A stretch of 64,000 nt of DNA from NCBI GenBank assembly GCA_034432755.1, contig DAOUBQ010000015.1, positions 26,400 through 90,399 on the forward strand, in the 5' to 3' direction. The translations under genes were made by a program, and so were the position numbers. The notes below the pieces were generated by a model. That model did not search any database and had not been told where the DNA came from. It saw only the letters and a program-made list of their open reading frames with translations. The DNA is from Anaerolineales bacterium. Its GTDB lineage: Bacteria > Chloroflexota > Anaerolineae > Anaerolineales > Villigracilaceae. Below are positions 33,715-43,347 of this stretch, piece after piece; positions within the stretch are counted from its first letter, which is position 1; each line of letters opens with the position of its first letter.

Positions 33715-33952
33715 AAGTTAACCTCGTTTCGTCAGATTCACCCGCCGTCACGCTGGTTTTACGTTTGGTTTGCAAGGTTTTATACACATTGAAAACGGTG
33801 CTGGCGGACATAGGTCTATGGCATGGCTTTCTCAGTATCGCTTGTGCCGCTTTGTTTATGTTTTTTAGCCTGAAACCAGACTTTGAGAAGCCATAAGGTC
33901 TATTGTACAGGATGTTGCGCAGAATCGCATTCGCTGCTACCTTATAATTTCG

Positions 33953-34669
33953 ATGCCAGCCGGACGTTTTCTCTCTCTTATCCTATTCCTGACCCTTTCC
34001 CTGGTCGGATGCGCGCTTCCGATTGAGGAGCCAACACCGGTTCCTGCCATCTCCCCGACTTTGACCGCCGCGCCCAGGAGAGTCTCCACCTCTACACCCT
34101 TTTACCCGGCCTCGCCGACTGCGCCGCTCCGCAGCACCCCTATTGTGACATTCACCCCTGCTACATTTCCATCGGTTACGCCGCCTGCGCGGAAATATGT
34201 TTTCCCCGTCCAACCCGTTAGCCTGGCTCATTTTGAAGAAGGTGTGGAGAGCCATGGCTACCCTGCAATTGACATTTTTGCGCCCGCCGGGACAAAATTT
34301 GTCGCCGTTACAAATGGCGTGGTGGAATTTGTCAGTGATGAAGACCGCTGGCAGCCAGAAAATGACCATCCCGCGCTGCGTGGCGGGCTGGCGGTTGCCA
34401 TTTTGGGGGAGGATGGTTGGCGGTATTACGGCTCGCATCTTTCGGGGATTACCGCAGGAATTGCGCCTGGCGTAACAGTTGTGGCCGGGCAATTGCTTGG
34501 CTATGTGGGCGATAGTGGCAACGCCCGTAATAAAACCCCGCACCTGCACTTTGGCATTTCGCGCCCCACCTATCCCGGTGATTGGGTAACGCGGCGCGGC
34601 GAAATCAACCCGTTTCCATACCTGAATGCCTGGCTGGATGGGATAGACCTTGTGCCGACGCTCCCCTGA
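33953..34669 (+). CDS. M23-family (LytM-type) peptidase lipoprotein
   Basis: Lipobox LSLVGC. HGYPAIDIFAP, GDSGNA...PHLHFGI zinc-ligand motifs. Confidence 0.88.
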   Translation: MPAGRFLSLILFLTLSLVGCALPIEEPTPVPAISPTLTAAPRRVSTSTPFYPASPTAPLRSTPIVTFTPATFPSVTPPARKYVFPVQPVSLAHFEEGVESHGYPAIDIFAPAGTKFVAVTNGVVEFVSDEDRWQPENDHPALRGGLAVAILGEDGWRYYGSHLSGITAGIAPGVTVVAGQLLGYVGDSGNARNKTPHLHFGISRPTYPGDWVTRRGEINPFPYLNAWLDGIDLVPTLP

Positions 34670-34690
34670 ACGCCCTTACATTTTATTTTT

Positions 34691-34747
34691 TACCGCAAAG
34701 AGCGCCAAGGTTGAAAGGGTGCCTTTGCGCTCTTTGCGCTTCGCGGT
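34691..34747. repeat. REP-like palindromic element (family shared with 63371-63440)
   Basis: taccgcaaagagcgccaaggttgaaagggtgcctttgcgctctttgcgcttcgcggt. GCAAAGAGCGC pairs with GCGCTCTTTGC. Lies between convergent genes. Confidence 0.6.
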
Positions 34748-34859
34748 CAATTTCTAGCGTTTGTGCGCTACGCCGATATGCGCTGGGGTGGCAGGCCATT
34801 TAGGCGCAACCCCCTTTCACAGATTAATCAAGTATCTGAAACATCATCAACGGCCAGCC

Positions 34860-35897
34860 TCACTCCTTCGTCCGCAAACTGGGCCTCACCGCATAGCGCT
34901 TGCGAATTTCGGGCAAGAAATAATCATCAAAAAAGCGGTCTATGTCGTAATCGGGTTGCCAGCCCCAGTCTTTGCGCGCCGCCGAATCATCCATATCTTC
35001 GGGCCACGAATCCACAATTCCCTGGCGGCGCGGGTTCGGCTCGAACACAATCCGCGTGCCGGGGAAGGCGTTATCGGCCCGCTTGCGGAACTCGCCCGCC
35101 GTCAGACTGAAGGCCGTGATGTTATAGACCTGACGGGTCAGGTACTCGCGCGACACTTCCGTCAACATCAAGAGCGCCTTAATCGCATCTGGCATCGCCA
35201 TGAACGAAATTTTGGTATCCTCGCGCACGAAACAAGAATAAGATAGCCCCTGCGCCGCCGCATGCAGCATCTCCGGGCCGTAATCGCTTGTCCCGCCGCT
35301 TGGCAGGGTGAAAGCACTAATCAGGCCGGGGAAACGGATGGCGCGAAAATCGAGCATCACCGGCGGGTTGGGGTCCAGGTGACGCTGGCCGTAATAATTG
35401 CCGTAATACTCGCCTAGTTTTTCGCAATACAACTTGTTCGCGCCGTACATCGTGTGCGGATTGTTATGCTCGTCCTCCGTCACCCGCCCGGCCTTGCGCT
35501 TGGCCTCCACATTGTCGAAGCCATAGGCCGCAATCGAACTGGGGAACAGGAACTTGACGGCCTTGCCGCGCTTTTCTGATTTATACGCCGCCAGCATCAG
35601 CAGTTGCATCGTCCCTTCCACATTGATTCGGTGGGCTTCCTCGGTGGCCACCTCAGCCTTTGAGGAAAGCGACGCCGCCAAGTGAAAGATAATATCGAAA
35701 TTGTAGTCATAAAATTGCTTCACGCGGTACACCAGGTCGCCTTGCAGGTGTTCTGCCGAAAAACCCTTCAACGACTCAGGGAGCGGCGCCAAATCCGTCG
35801 TAACAATGCGGTAGCCTCCCTTCTTGGCCAAACTTTGAACCAGTGCCTGACCAATCTCACCACACGCTCCGGTGACGAGGACGGCTTTATCGGGCAT
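34860..35897 (-). CDS. NAD-dependent epimerase/dehydratase family protein, L-threonine 3-dehydrogenase-like
   Basis: ORF trimmed to ATG 35895-35897 behind AAAGGAGA. VLVTGACGEIGQAL, YGANKLYCE, RFPGLISAFTLPSGGTSDYGPEM. Confidence 0.9.
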   Translation of the reverse strand: MPDKAVLVTGACGEIGQALVQSLAKKGGYRIVTTDLAPLPESLKGFSAEHLQGDLVYRVKQFYDYNFDIIFHLAASLSSKAEVATEEAHRINVEGTMQLLMLAAYKSEKRGKAVKFLFPSSIAAYGFDNVEAKRKAGRVTEDEHNNPHTMYGANKLYCEKLGEYYGNYYGQRHLDPNPPVMLDFRAIRFPGLISAFTLPSGGTSDYGPEMLHAAAQGLSYSCFVREDTKISFMAMPDAIKALLMLTEVSREYLTRQVYNITAFSLTAGEFRKRADNAFPGTRIVFEPNPRRQGIVDSWPEDMDDSAARKDWGWQPDYDIDRFFDDYFLPEIRKRYAVRPSLRTKE

Positions 35898-35983
35898 AAT
35901 TTTCTCCTTTTGAAGGTATAGGTAATCCAATTGTACAATACCTGCCCGCCCCGCGTATCTGCGAATCGCCACCAAAAAATACG

Positions 35984-36967
35984 ATGAAACTCACCAACCG
36001 CGTTTTCGGGTACAATCCTGACGTGAAACCCTGCCCGCGATTCTCATCCACCGATTGCACAAAGCACACAGAACTTTTCTATATCAACTTGCGAACGCTG
36101 TGGATTTTTCTCTGGAAAAGACAGACCAACCGATTCTGGTCGCTGCTCCTCGGCCTGCTCCTGCTCTCGAACGCGGCCTGCGCCCCAAGCGTAGACGCCT
36201 CCCCGCTGGAAACGGCCACCATATCCCCCACCAGCCCCCCCACTGAAACGATTGTCTGGTTCCCAGCCACCGCCACGCACACCCCCTTTCCCACCTTCCA
36301 GCCCAGCGCCACGGTAGAGCCATTCCCCGGCATGGGAACATCGCTCTACACCGACGACTTCTCCGACCCGCTCGACTGGACCAACGCCCGCACCGACAGC
36401 CAGGGCAGCAACAACGTCCTGCTCATCGGAAACCGTCTGACCCTCTCAGCCAACTCCGCCCCCGCCACGCTCACCACACTGCGCTCTGGCCTGGTCCTCA
36501 CGGATTTCTACGCCGAAACGCGCGTCAACCTCCATCGCTGCGCTGGGCGCGATACCTACGGCATGTACTTTCGCGCCGCCACCGAAGCCTATGCTTACCG
36601 CTTCACCCTCACCTGTGATGGACAAATGCGTGTCGAGCGCGTGCGCGGCGGCGAGGCCTACCCACTCTCAAACTGGGATACCAGCGGTGACCTGCCGTCC
36701 GGCGCGCCCTCGCAAGCCAAACTCGGCATCTGGGTGGCCGGGACCGAAATGCGCTTCTTCCTCAATGACCGCTACCAGTTCACCATCTTCGACCAGGTCT
36801 TTCGCAGCGGCAGCGTGGGCTACTTTGCCAGCGTTCGCAGCGAGGTTGGCCTGAACGTCTCCTTCTCCGACCTGCGCGTCAACGCCGTCTCCTACGTTTC
36901 CCCTACCCCTACCGTTACCCCCAGCAACCCACCCCTGCCCAGCCGAACGCCGAGGGCCGCGCCGTAG
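35984..36967 (+). CDS. hypothetical secreted/lipoprotein, possible concanavalin/LamG-like fold
   Basis: Hydrophobic segment ending LLLSNAAC, a P/T-rich linker, then a beta-rich domain (YGMYFRAATEAYAYRFTL...MRFFLNDRYQF...GSVGYFA). Start uncertain. Confidence 0.6.
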   Translation: MKLTNRVFGYNPDVKPCPRFSSTDCTKHTELFYINLRTLWIFLWKRQTNRFWSLLLGLLLLSNAACAPSVDASPLETATISPTSPPTETIVWFPATATHTPFPTFQPSATVEPFPGMGTSLYTDDFSDPLDWTNARTDSQGSNNVLLIGNRLTLSANSAPATLTTLRSGLVLTDFYAETRVNLHRCAGRDTYGMYFRAATEAYAYRFTLTCDGQMRVERVRGGEAYPLSNWDTSGDLPSGAPSQAKLGIWVAGTEMRFFLNDRYQFTIFDQVFRSGSVGYFASVRSEVGLNVSFSDLRVNAVSYVSPTPTVTPSNPPLPSRTPRAAP

Positions 36968-36981
36968 CGAATTGCAAATAA

Positions 36982-37037
36982 GGAATTACAATTACACCAC
37001 CTGAACCCTGAACCCTGAACCCTGGAAACCCAACCCT
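36982..37037. repeat. 7-nt tandem array with a perfect core (GAACCCT)x3 abutting the methyltransferase start
   Basis: ggaatta caattac accacct gaaccct gaaccct gaaccct ggaaacc caaccct. The TTG start at 37037 follows directly. Confidence 0.85.
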
Positions 37038-37849
37038 TGAAAAACAAACTCAACGACCTCGACCCCAAAACCTGGCTCAAATTCCAAAAATCGTGGTTCA
37101 TCCACAACCCGCCGCCGCGCAAGCGCGACGTGCTGACGCACCCCGCCAAATTTCCCGAAACGCTGGCGCAGGAATTCATCGCGTTTTTTACCAAAAAAGG
37201 CCAGACGGTGTTAGACCCAATGTGCGGAACCGGCTCGACGCTGGTGGCCGCGCTGCGGGCCGGGCGTCATTCTTACGGTATCGAGCTGAATTCCCGCTAC
37301 GCCGAAATTGCGCGAGAAATGATCAGCCAGGAGCAGGCCCGTTGGACGGCGGGAACAGATTCAGACCGGTGCGTGGCCGAAGTCATCACCGGCGACGCAG
37401 CCAAAGCTGTCGAATACGGCATTCCCAAAGTCGAGTACGTTCTCACCTCCCCCCCTTACTGGGATATGCTGCACGCAAAAGGCGCCGAAAACCAGAAAAA
37501 ACGGCGCCAAACCGATGGGTTGGACGTGGTGTATTCCGACCATCCGCGCGATTTGGGCAATATCCACGATTACGAAACCTTCTTGGGGCAGCTGGTGGAT
37601 ATTTACAGCCGCCTCAAGCCGCTCTTGCAGCACAAGGCATACCTGACTATTATTGTCAAAAATGTAAAAAAGGGCGGTAAAATCTACCCTTTGGCCTGGG
37701 ATATTGCCCGCGAACTGGGCAGGGTTTACGCCCTAAAAGATGAAAAAATCTGGATGCAAGACAACCAACGCCTGGCGCCCTTCGGCCTGGGCAGCGCATG
37801 GGTGAGCAATACGTTTCATCATTACTGTTTGCAGTTTCGGAACGAGTAA
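37037..37849 (+). CDS. N4/N6 DNA methyltransferase (SPPY type, permuted motif order)
   Basis: THPAKFPETLAQEFI...VLDPMCGTGSTLVAA...GIELN (SAM-binding block) at aa 35-85 and TSPPYW at aa 137-142. TTG start. No upstream ATG in frame. Confidence 0.85.
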   Translation: MKNKLNDLDPKTWLKFQKSWFIHNPPPRKRDVLTHPAKFPETLAQEFIAFFTKKGQTVLDPMCGTGSTLVAALRAGRHSYGIELNSRYAEIAREMISQEQARWTAGTDSDRCVAEVITGDAAKAVEYGIPKVEYVLTSPPYWDMLHAKGAENQKKRRQTDGLDVVYSDHPRDLGNIHDYETFLGQLVDIYSRLKPLLQHKAYLTIIVKNVKKGGKIYPLAWDIARELGRVYALKDEKIWMQDNQRLAPFGLGSAWVSNTFHHYCLQFRNE

Positions 37850-37879
37850 CTATACTGGATACCGAATCGCGGACGCGCC

Positions 37880-38887
37880 ATGATTTCCTTCCCCGACTTT
37901 ATCAAATTACCCTATACCCCCAGTCTGACTGAAGGCGGCATCCGCTACGCCACGCGCTCCCTGCCTTACACCTACAACCGGATGGGCGGCTCGCTCTACT
38001 CGCGCCTGCGCCGCATCGTGGGCGGGGTGGCGGTGGAACTGGCCTTTCGCCGCTATTTGGGCGAGCAAGGGGTCCCCTTCGATGTGAAAGGCGCAACGCC
38101 CTTCACCGAACCCGACCGTTACGATGTTGCACTCGGAAACCATCGCTGCGACCTGAAAACCTTTATCATTTCCAAGCGCAGCCAAATTACCTCCATGCGC
38201 CGCAACCCCGGCCTGGCGTTGCGCGCCCCGGCGCTTATTCCACAAGACCAGTTTGAAGCCGCCAACCACACCGACCAGGATTTGTACCTGTTCGCCTTCC
38301 TGCTCGGCCTGACCACCAACTCGCCCAGCGACATTCAAAAAGCAGTCGAGGCGGGTCAGCAGATTTACCTCATCCACCCTTTGCGCGCCGATTGGGCCAG
38401 TCCCCAGGTTTGGGCGCCGCTCGGCAAACTGGCGCTCAAGAGCGAGTGCGCGGCGCGGCTGTGCGTCGAAATCGGCGGGCAGGATGCCGAACGCAACTTC
38501 ATTACCGAAACGTTGACTCTTGAGCCGCTCAAGCGCACCTTCGCCGAAAAAGACTACCACAGCCTGGCTTACATCCACACCGATTCGATTCCCCAAGCGA
38601 GGGTAGGAATTCACAGCCCGAAAAAAAGCGAACTCTACCTCATCCAGCCGCACGAATGGGGCAATATCTGGATTTACGGCCTGGACATCTGGTTGACGGG
38701 TTACATGGCGCGCGAGGAATTCCGCCGCAAAGCCAGCACGATCTACGCTGGCAGCCGCGTCTTCCAGTATAGCAAGACCCAAACCAAGAATTACTCCGTC
38801 CCCATTGCCGATTTGCGCCCGCTGCCCGAACTCTTCGAGCGAGTGCGCGCCTGGGAAGCCAAAAAGAAAACCTGGCCGGTCAGCTAA
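37880..38887 (+). CDS. putative PD-(D/E)xK restriction endonuclease partner of the methyltransferase
   Basis: TEPDRYDVALGNHRCDLKTF gives PD...DxK, with an upstream helix containing E (VAVELAFRRY). 30 nt downstream of the methyltransferase gene. No family recognised. Confidence 0.55.
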   Translation: MISFPDFIKLPYTPSLTEGGIRYATRSLPYTYNRMGGSLYSRLRRIVGGVAVELAFRRYLGEQGVPFDVKGATPFTEPDRYDVALGNHRCDLKTFIISKRSQITSMRRNPGLALRAPALIPQDQFEAANHTDQDLYLFAFLLGLTTNSPSDIQKAVEAGQQIYLIHPLRADWASPQVWAPLGKLALKSECAARLCVEIGGQDAERNFITETLTLEPLKRTFAEKDYHSLAYIHTDSIPQARVGIHSPKKSELYLIQPHEWGNIWIYGLDIWLTGYMAREEFRRKASTIYAGSRVFQYSKTQTKNYSVPIADLRPLPELFERVRAWEAKKKTWPVS

Positions 38888-38945
38888 CGCCCTGAAAGTT
38901 CCCCTCGTGCGTATAATTTGCCCATCCTTCACCAAGAGAACTTGC

Positions 38946-40982
38946 ATGACCCTTCGCTCTCGCCTTTCTTTGTTCTTCCTGCATCCTTCCTCTTTCCTCT
39001 TTCTTCTTTCCCTCCTCGCCTACGCCCCCTTCTTCTGGGAGCGCGGTTTTTACTGGGACGAAGCCCCCTGGACCTGGATTTACTACCGCCTCGGCCCCGC
39101 CGCCCTCACCCAAACCTTCTCCACCAGCCGGCCGTTTTGGGGCATGATTTACCAGGTCATGCTGCCGCTGGTCGGCCCGCACCCCTGGGCCTGGCAAGTG
39201 CTGATGCTCATCCTGCGCTGGCTGACCGCCGTTTTGGTCTGCAAACTCTTCAGCCGTCTCTTTCCGCAATCGCGCCTGCCGCTTTGGGCTGCTGCGCTCT
39301 TCCTGGTGTATCCCGGTCTCGGCCAGAACTTTATCGCATTGATGTACACCCATTTCTACATTGTCTTCAACGCCTTCTTGCTCTCGCTCTACTTCAGCGT
39401 CCTCGCTATCCAAAAAGGGGATGGACGCTGGCACATCCCCGCCCTGGCCCTTTCCCTCATCAACTTGCTGACGATGGAATACTTCTACTTCCTCGAATTT
39501 TTTCGCATCGTCATTTTCTGGTTCCTGCTCAACTCCCCCTTCCCAGCCCGTTTTCGCAACACCTTCCGTATTTCCCTGCCTTACCTGGCTACCTTTCTCC
39601 TTGTCACCTTCTGGCGTGCCTTTTTCTTCACCAATCAGAATGCCAGTTACTCTTACCAGACTCTTGCCGACCTGCGCGTCAATTTCTTGTGGGGAATAGG
39701 GAAACTGCTCTGGAACATGCTCCAGGCTTTTTGGACGACCGTGCCCCTCGCCTGGCTCTTCCCTTTTGAGCCGGTGGATGCTTCCAACCTCGGCCTGTTG
39801 ACCGTTATCGCGGCGTTTACCCTCGCCCTGGCAGCCACCCTCCTGGCCGGCCTCTCCCTCCACCCCTCACGCTCGTCACACATCATCCATCAACAATTCC
39901 CCAGCGCTCATCACCAAATCCTGCTTCTCGGCGTCCTCGCCTGGCTGCTTGGTGGTGGCGCCTTCTGGCTGGTCGGCGAGCGCACTCTACCACAACTCCA
40001 TTTCTCCGCGGATAGGTTTACGCTTTCCTTCATGCTCGGTTCCAGCCTCATTCTGACCGCCCTGTTGGGGTTTTTATCTCGTTTCCCGCGCCTTCAACTG
40101 ACCCTGCTGGCCCTGTTCATCGGGTTCTCGGTTGGCAAGCACTTTCAGACCAACGCCACCTATCGCCGCGATTGGGCCACCCAGCGCGTCTTCTTCTGGC
40201 AGATAACCTGGCGCGCGCCCTCGCTCCAGCCCGGCACAGCCCTCATCACTAACGACCTGCCCCTGACGGTCTTTAGCGATAATTCTCTCTCCGGCCCTCT
40301 CAACTGGATTTATAACTCCTCTGGCCTCCAAAGTCGGGAGACGCTGGACCCCGGCATGAACTACATCCTCTATTTTGCCTCCGTTCGGGCGCAACAAGGC
40401 CGCGCTCTGGCAGGAAAACTTGAACCTGGCCACGCTTTCGAGCAAAACTATCTTGCCACGACGTTTCACGGAAACACCTCCCAGGTCATTGTCGTCAATT
40501 TTTCGCCCCCCGGCTGTGCCCGCGTCCTCGACCCGGAAATTGACCCGTTGAACAAATTGATTCCCCCCGACCTGCGCGATGCTGCCTTTTTGAGCAACCC
40601 CGCCCTCATTCGCGCCCAAAATCCGGTCGTGTTGCCGGGTTTCTACCAGCCGGAGATTCCCCGCTCGTGGTGTTACTTCTTCTCCAAGGCCGAACTGTCA
40701 CGCCAAGAGGGCAATTGGCAGGCCATCGTTGACCTGCACCAGCAGGCTCTGGCTCTCGGCGATCACCCCAACGACCCGCTCGAAAACTTCGTTTTCATTG
40801 AAGCCTATGCCCACATCGGCAATTGGCAGCAAGCGCGGACGATGACCCGAGACATCTACCGTTTCTCGCGTGAAATCATGCGTCCGACTCTGTGCGCCCT
40901 CTGGGAGCGCATCCGGCGCGAAATTCCCAACAGCGCCGAGATAGTTCAGGCCGTCAGAGAAGATTTAAGTTGTGGAAAATGA
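38946..40982 (+). CDS. large polytopic membrane protein with a C-terminal soluble domain (possible GT-C-like glycosyltransferase)
   Basis: ORF 38805..40982 trimmed to ATG 38946. About 12 hydrophobic segments in the first 430 aa, then ~250 aa soluble. The family call is tentative. Confidence 0.7.
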   Translation: MTLRSRLSLFFLHPSSFLFLLSLLAYAPFFWERGFYWDEAPWTWIYYRLGPAALTQTFSTSRPFWGMIYQVMLPLVGPHPWAWQVLMLILRWLTAVLVCKLFSRLFPQSRLPLWAAALFLVYPGLGQNFIALMYTHFYIVFNAFLLSLYFSVLAIQKGDGRWHIPALALSLINLLTMEYFYFLEFFRIVIFWFLLNSPFPARFRNTFRISLPYLATFLLVTFWRAFFFTNQNASYSYQTLADLRVNFLWGIGKLLWNMLQAFWTTVPLAWLFPFEPVDASNLGLLTVIAAFTLALAATLLAGLSLHPSRSSHIIHQQFPSAHHQILLLGVLAWLLGGGAFWLVGERTLPQLHFSADRFTLSFMLGSSLILTALLGFLSRFPRLQLTLLALFIGFSVGKHFQTNATYRRDWATQRVFFWQITWRAPSLQPGTALITNDLPLTVFSDNSLSGPLNWIYNSSGLQSRETLDPGMNYILYFASVRAQQGRALAGKLEPGHAFEQNYLATTFHGNTSQVIVVNFSPPGCARVLDPEIDPLNKLIPPDLRDAAFLSNPALIRAQNPVVLPGFYQPEIPRSWCYFFSKAELSRQEGNWQAIVDLHQQALALGDHPNDPLENFVFIEAYAHIGNWQQARTMTRDIYRFSREIMRPTLCALWERIRREIPNSAEIVQAVREDLSCGK

Positions 40983-41064
40983 TGGATTTTTCTACCCTGC
41001 TTGCCTCGCTTTCGATTCTCACGTACAATCACCGCACTCACCGGCTCGATGAAAGGAATCCGAT

Positions 41065-42015
41065 ATGACAGACGTCAAAGCCTTTGGCGAGAAACTGCTG
41101 GAGAATCTCGAAAAAGTCATCGTTGGCAAGCGCAGCGCCCTCGAAATGGTCCTGATAGGCCTGCTCTGCCAGGGACATGTTCTCGTCGAAGACGTTCCCG
41201 GTGTAGGCAAGACGGTCATGGCGCGCGCCATGGCAAAATCGCTCGGCTGTGCGTTTAACCGCGTCCAGTTCACGCCTGATATGCTGCCCTCCGACTTAAC
41301 CGGCGTTTCCATCTTCAACCAAGAATCGCGCATGTTCGAGTTTCGCCCTGGCCCTATTTTCGGGCAGGTGATTCTGGCCGACGAAATCAACCGCGCCACG
41401 CCCAAAACCCAGGCTGCCCTGCTCGAAGCGATGGACGAGCGCCAGGTGACGGTGGATGGCGTGACCCATCCGCTGCCGCGCCCCTTCATGGTGCTGGCGA
41501 CCCAAAACCCCATCGAATACGAGGGAACGTTTCCGTTGCCCGAAGCCCAACTCGACCGCTTCCTGTTGCGTGTTCGGCTTGGCTACCCCAACCTGCTCGA
41601 GGAAATCTCCGTGTTAGAAAGCCAGCATCTGCGGCACCCCATTGAGAGTATCTCCCCGCTCTTTTCCGCCGAGGAAGTCTTGGAGGCTACCAACGCCGTC
41701 AAGGCGGTCTATGTTGCTCATCCCATCAAGCGCTATATCGTAGACCTGACTCATCGTACCCGCAATCATGCTGATGTATACCTGGGCGCCAGCCCGCGCG
41801 GCTCGTTAGGACTCTTCCGCGCTGGGCAGGCGCGCGCCGCCCTGAATGGACGTGACCATGTCTTGCCAGATGATATCAAAGCCCTGGCACCATCTATCCT
41901 GGCGCATCGTCTGATTGTCAATCCTGCGGCGCGCCTGCGCGAAGTCACCGCTGAACGCATCGTGCAGGAAATCATACATGGCGTGCCGGTTCCTGGCGGC
42001 AGTTTCAACGTCTGA
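41065..42015 (+). CDS. MoxR-family AAA+ ATPase
   Basis: Walker [10 protein letters not shown], Walker [32 protein letters not shown]. Confidence 0.93.
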   Translation: MTDVKAFGEKLLENLEKVIVGKRSALEMVLIGLLCQGHVLVEDVPGVGKTVMARAMAKSLGCAFNRVQFTPDMLPSDLTGVSIFNQESRMFEFRPGPIFGQVILADEINRATPKTQAALLEAMDERQVTVDGVTHPLPRPFMVLATQNPIEYEGTFPLPEAQLDRFLLRVRLGYPNLLEEISVLESQHLRHPIESISPLFSAEEVLEATNAVKAVYVAHPIKRYIVDLTHRTRNHADVYLGASPRGSLGLFRAGQARAALNGRDHVLPDDIKALAPSILAHRLIVNPAARLREVTAERIVQEIIHGVPVPGGSFNV

Positions 42016-42021
42016 CCCGCT

Positions 42022-43347
42022 ATGCGCAAGCGTCACACCGGCTGGATGATTTTCCTTCTGCTGCTGGCGGTGGGTGGAATCGGGATGACCGCCACTGGCT
42101 CACTGCTCTATGTCCGTCTGGTTTACATGAGCGCGCTGGTTTTATTCGCAGCCTGGGCTTGGAGCGTGATTTCATTGCGCGGCGTGCGCGTTCAGCGTCA
42201 GGCGCGCTCTCTGCGCGCCAGCGTGGGCGATATCTTCGAGGAAACAATTGAAATATCTAATTCCACCCGCTTGCCGCGCCTTTTCTTGGAAGTCGAGAAC
42301 GAGTCCAACTTGCCGCAGGCCGCTGGTTCACGCCTGGTTACGATGATTGGCGGCAAGGAGAGTCGCACCTACCTGGCCCGCACCTGGCTCACCCACCGCG
42401 GCGCCTTCCCGCTGGGGCCGACCACCCTCCGCTCCGGCGACCCATTTGGCTTTTTTTCGACCCAAAAAACCTTTCCTCCGGCCCATTCGTTGCTCGTCCT
42501 GCCCCTCATCATCCCGTTGAGCGATTTCCCCTCGCCGCCAGGGATGTTGCCAGGGGGCAAGGCCATCCGCCGCAAGGCTCACGAGGTCACGCCCCATGCC
42601 GCGGGGGTGCGCGAATACATCACCGGCGACCCACTCAAGCGGATTCACTGGCCCTCCACCGCCCGGCGCGGCAAACTGATGGTCAAAGAGTTCGAACAGG
42701 ACCCGCAAGCCGAGTTGTGGATTTTCCTCGATGCCCAATTGGGCGTTCAGGCCGAACAAAAGTCCGCGGTGGAGCAAGTCTGGAACGATTGGATGTTCAC
42801 TCGCCGCCCGAAAATCAAACTGGCGGCTTCCACCATCGAATATGGCGCCTGCATCGCCGCCTCGCTGGCGCATTATTTTATTGAGCAGCGCCGCGCGGTG
42901 GGATTAGTGACCAACGGACCGGTCTACACCGTCATCCCTGCCGAACGCAGCGAACGTCAGGAAAGCAAAGTGCTGGAAACCCTGGCCTTTGTGAGCGGGG
43001 AGGGCGAACTGTCGCTTGCCAGCCTGGTTGATTTGCAATCTCCGCAGATGCCGCTTGGCTCTAGCGCGGTGCTGATTACCCCTTCTAGCCGCGATGATGT
43101 CCTCCTGGCTGTCGAGTTGCTCCAGCGCCGCAACCTGCGTCCGCTGGTGTTGCTGCTCATGGCCGAAAGTTTCGGCGGACGGCCCGGCTCAGAAACTCTC
43201 GCGCAAAAACTCAATGGGCGCGGCGTGGCCGTTTGTAAAATTTATCAAGACGCCGACCTGACGGAGACCTTGCAGGCGTTTACAAATTCACACAAAGGAT
43301 TGGAGAACCGCAATTGGCAGTCAATTTCGTCATCCCCCTCGACTTAA
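42022..43347 (+). CDS. DUF58-family protein (vWA-like MoxR partner) with N-terminal TM segments
   Basis: GVREYITGDPLKRIHWPSTARRGKLMVKEFE is the DUF58 signature region. Immediately follows MoxR. Confidence 0.85.
   Translation: MRKRHTGWMIFLLLLAVGGIGMTATGSLLYVRLVYMSALVLFAAWAWSVISLRGVRVQRQARSLRASVGDIFEETIEISNSTRLPRLFLEVENESNLPQAAGSRLVTMIGGKESRTYLARTWLTHRGAFPLGPTTLRSGDPFGFFSTQKTFPPAHSLLVLPLIIPLSDFPSPPGMLPGGKAIRRKAHEVTPHAAGVREYITGDPLKRIHWPSTARRGKLMVKEFEQDPQAELWIFLDAQLGVQAEQKSAVEQVWNDWMFTRRPKIKLAASTIEYGACIAASLAHYFIEQRRAVGLVTNGPVYTVIPAERSERQESKVLETLAFVSGEGELSLASLVDLQSPQMPLGSSAVLITPSSRDDVLLAVELLQRRNLRPLVLLLMAESFGGRPGSETLAQKLNGRGVAVCKIYQDADLTETLQAFTNSHKGLENRNWQSISSSPST

Noticed and set aside
33943-33955. 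TATAAT at 33943-33948 as a leaderless promoter for the M23 peptidase gene
   Set aside because: Only 4 nt separate it from ATG 33953, there is no usable -35 or TG extension, and the hexamer may be fortuitous. It was kept out of the features.
37003-37023. (GAACCCT)x3 as a telomere-like or replicon-end signal
   Set aside because: There are only three units, embedded in ordinary chromosomal context, and they clearly belong to the dispersed heptamer family.
37907-38947. 346-aa minus-strand ORF antisense to the putative nuclease gene
   Set aside because: Its A/G/R-rich composition is typical of shadow frames. The plus-strand product has a balanced composition, a PD...DxK motif and correct operon spacing after the methyltransferase gene.
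38880-39863. 327-aa minus-strand ORF and 283-aa plus-strand ORF (38918..39769) overlapping the polytopic membrane gene
   Set aside because: Both are E/G/Q-rich or P/R-rich low-complexity translations. The chosen frame gives regular hydrophobic TM segments.
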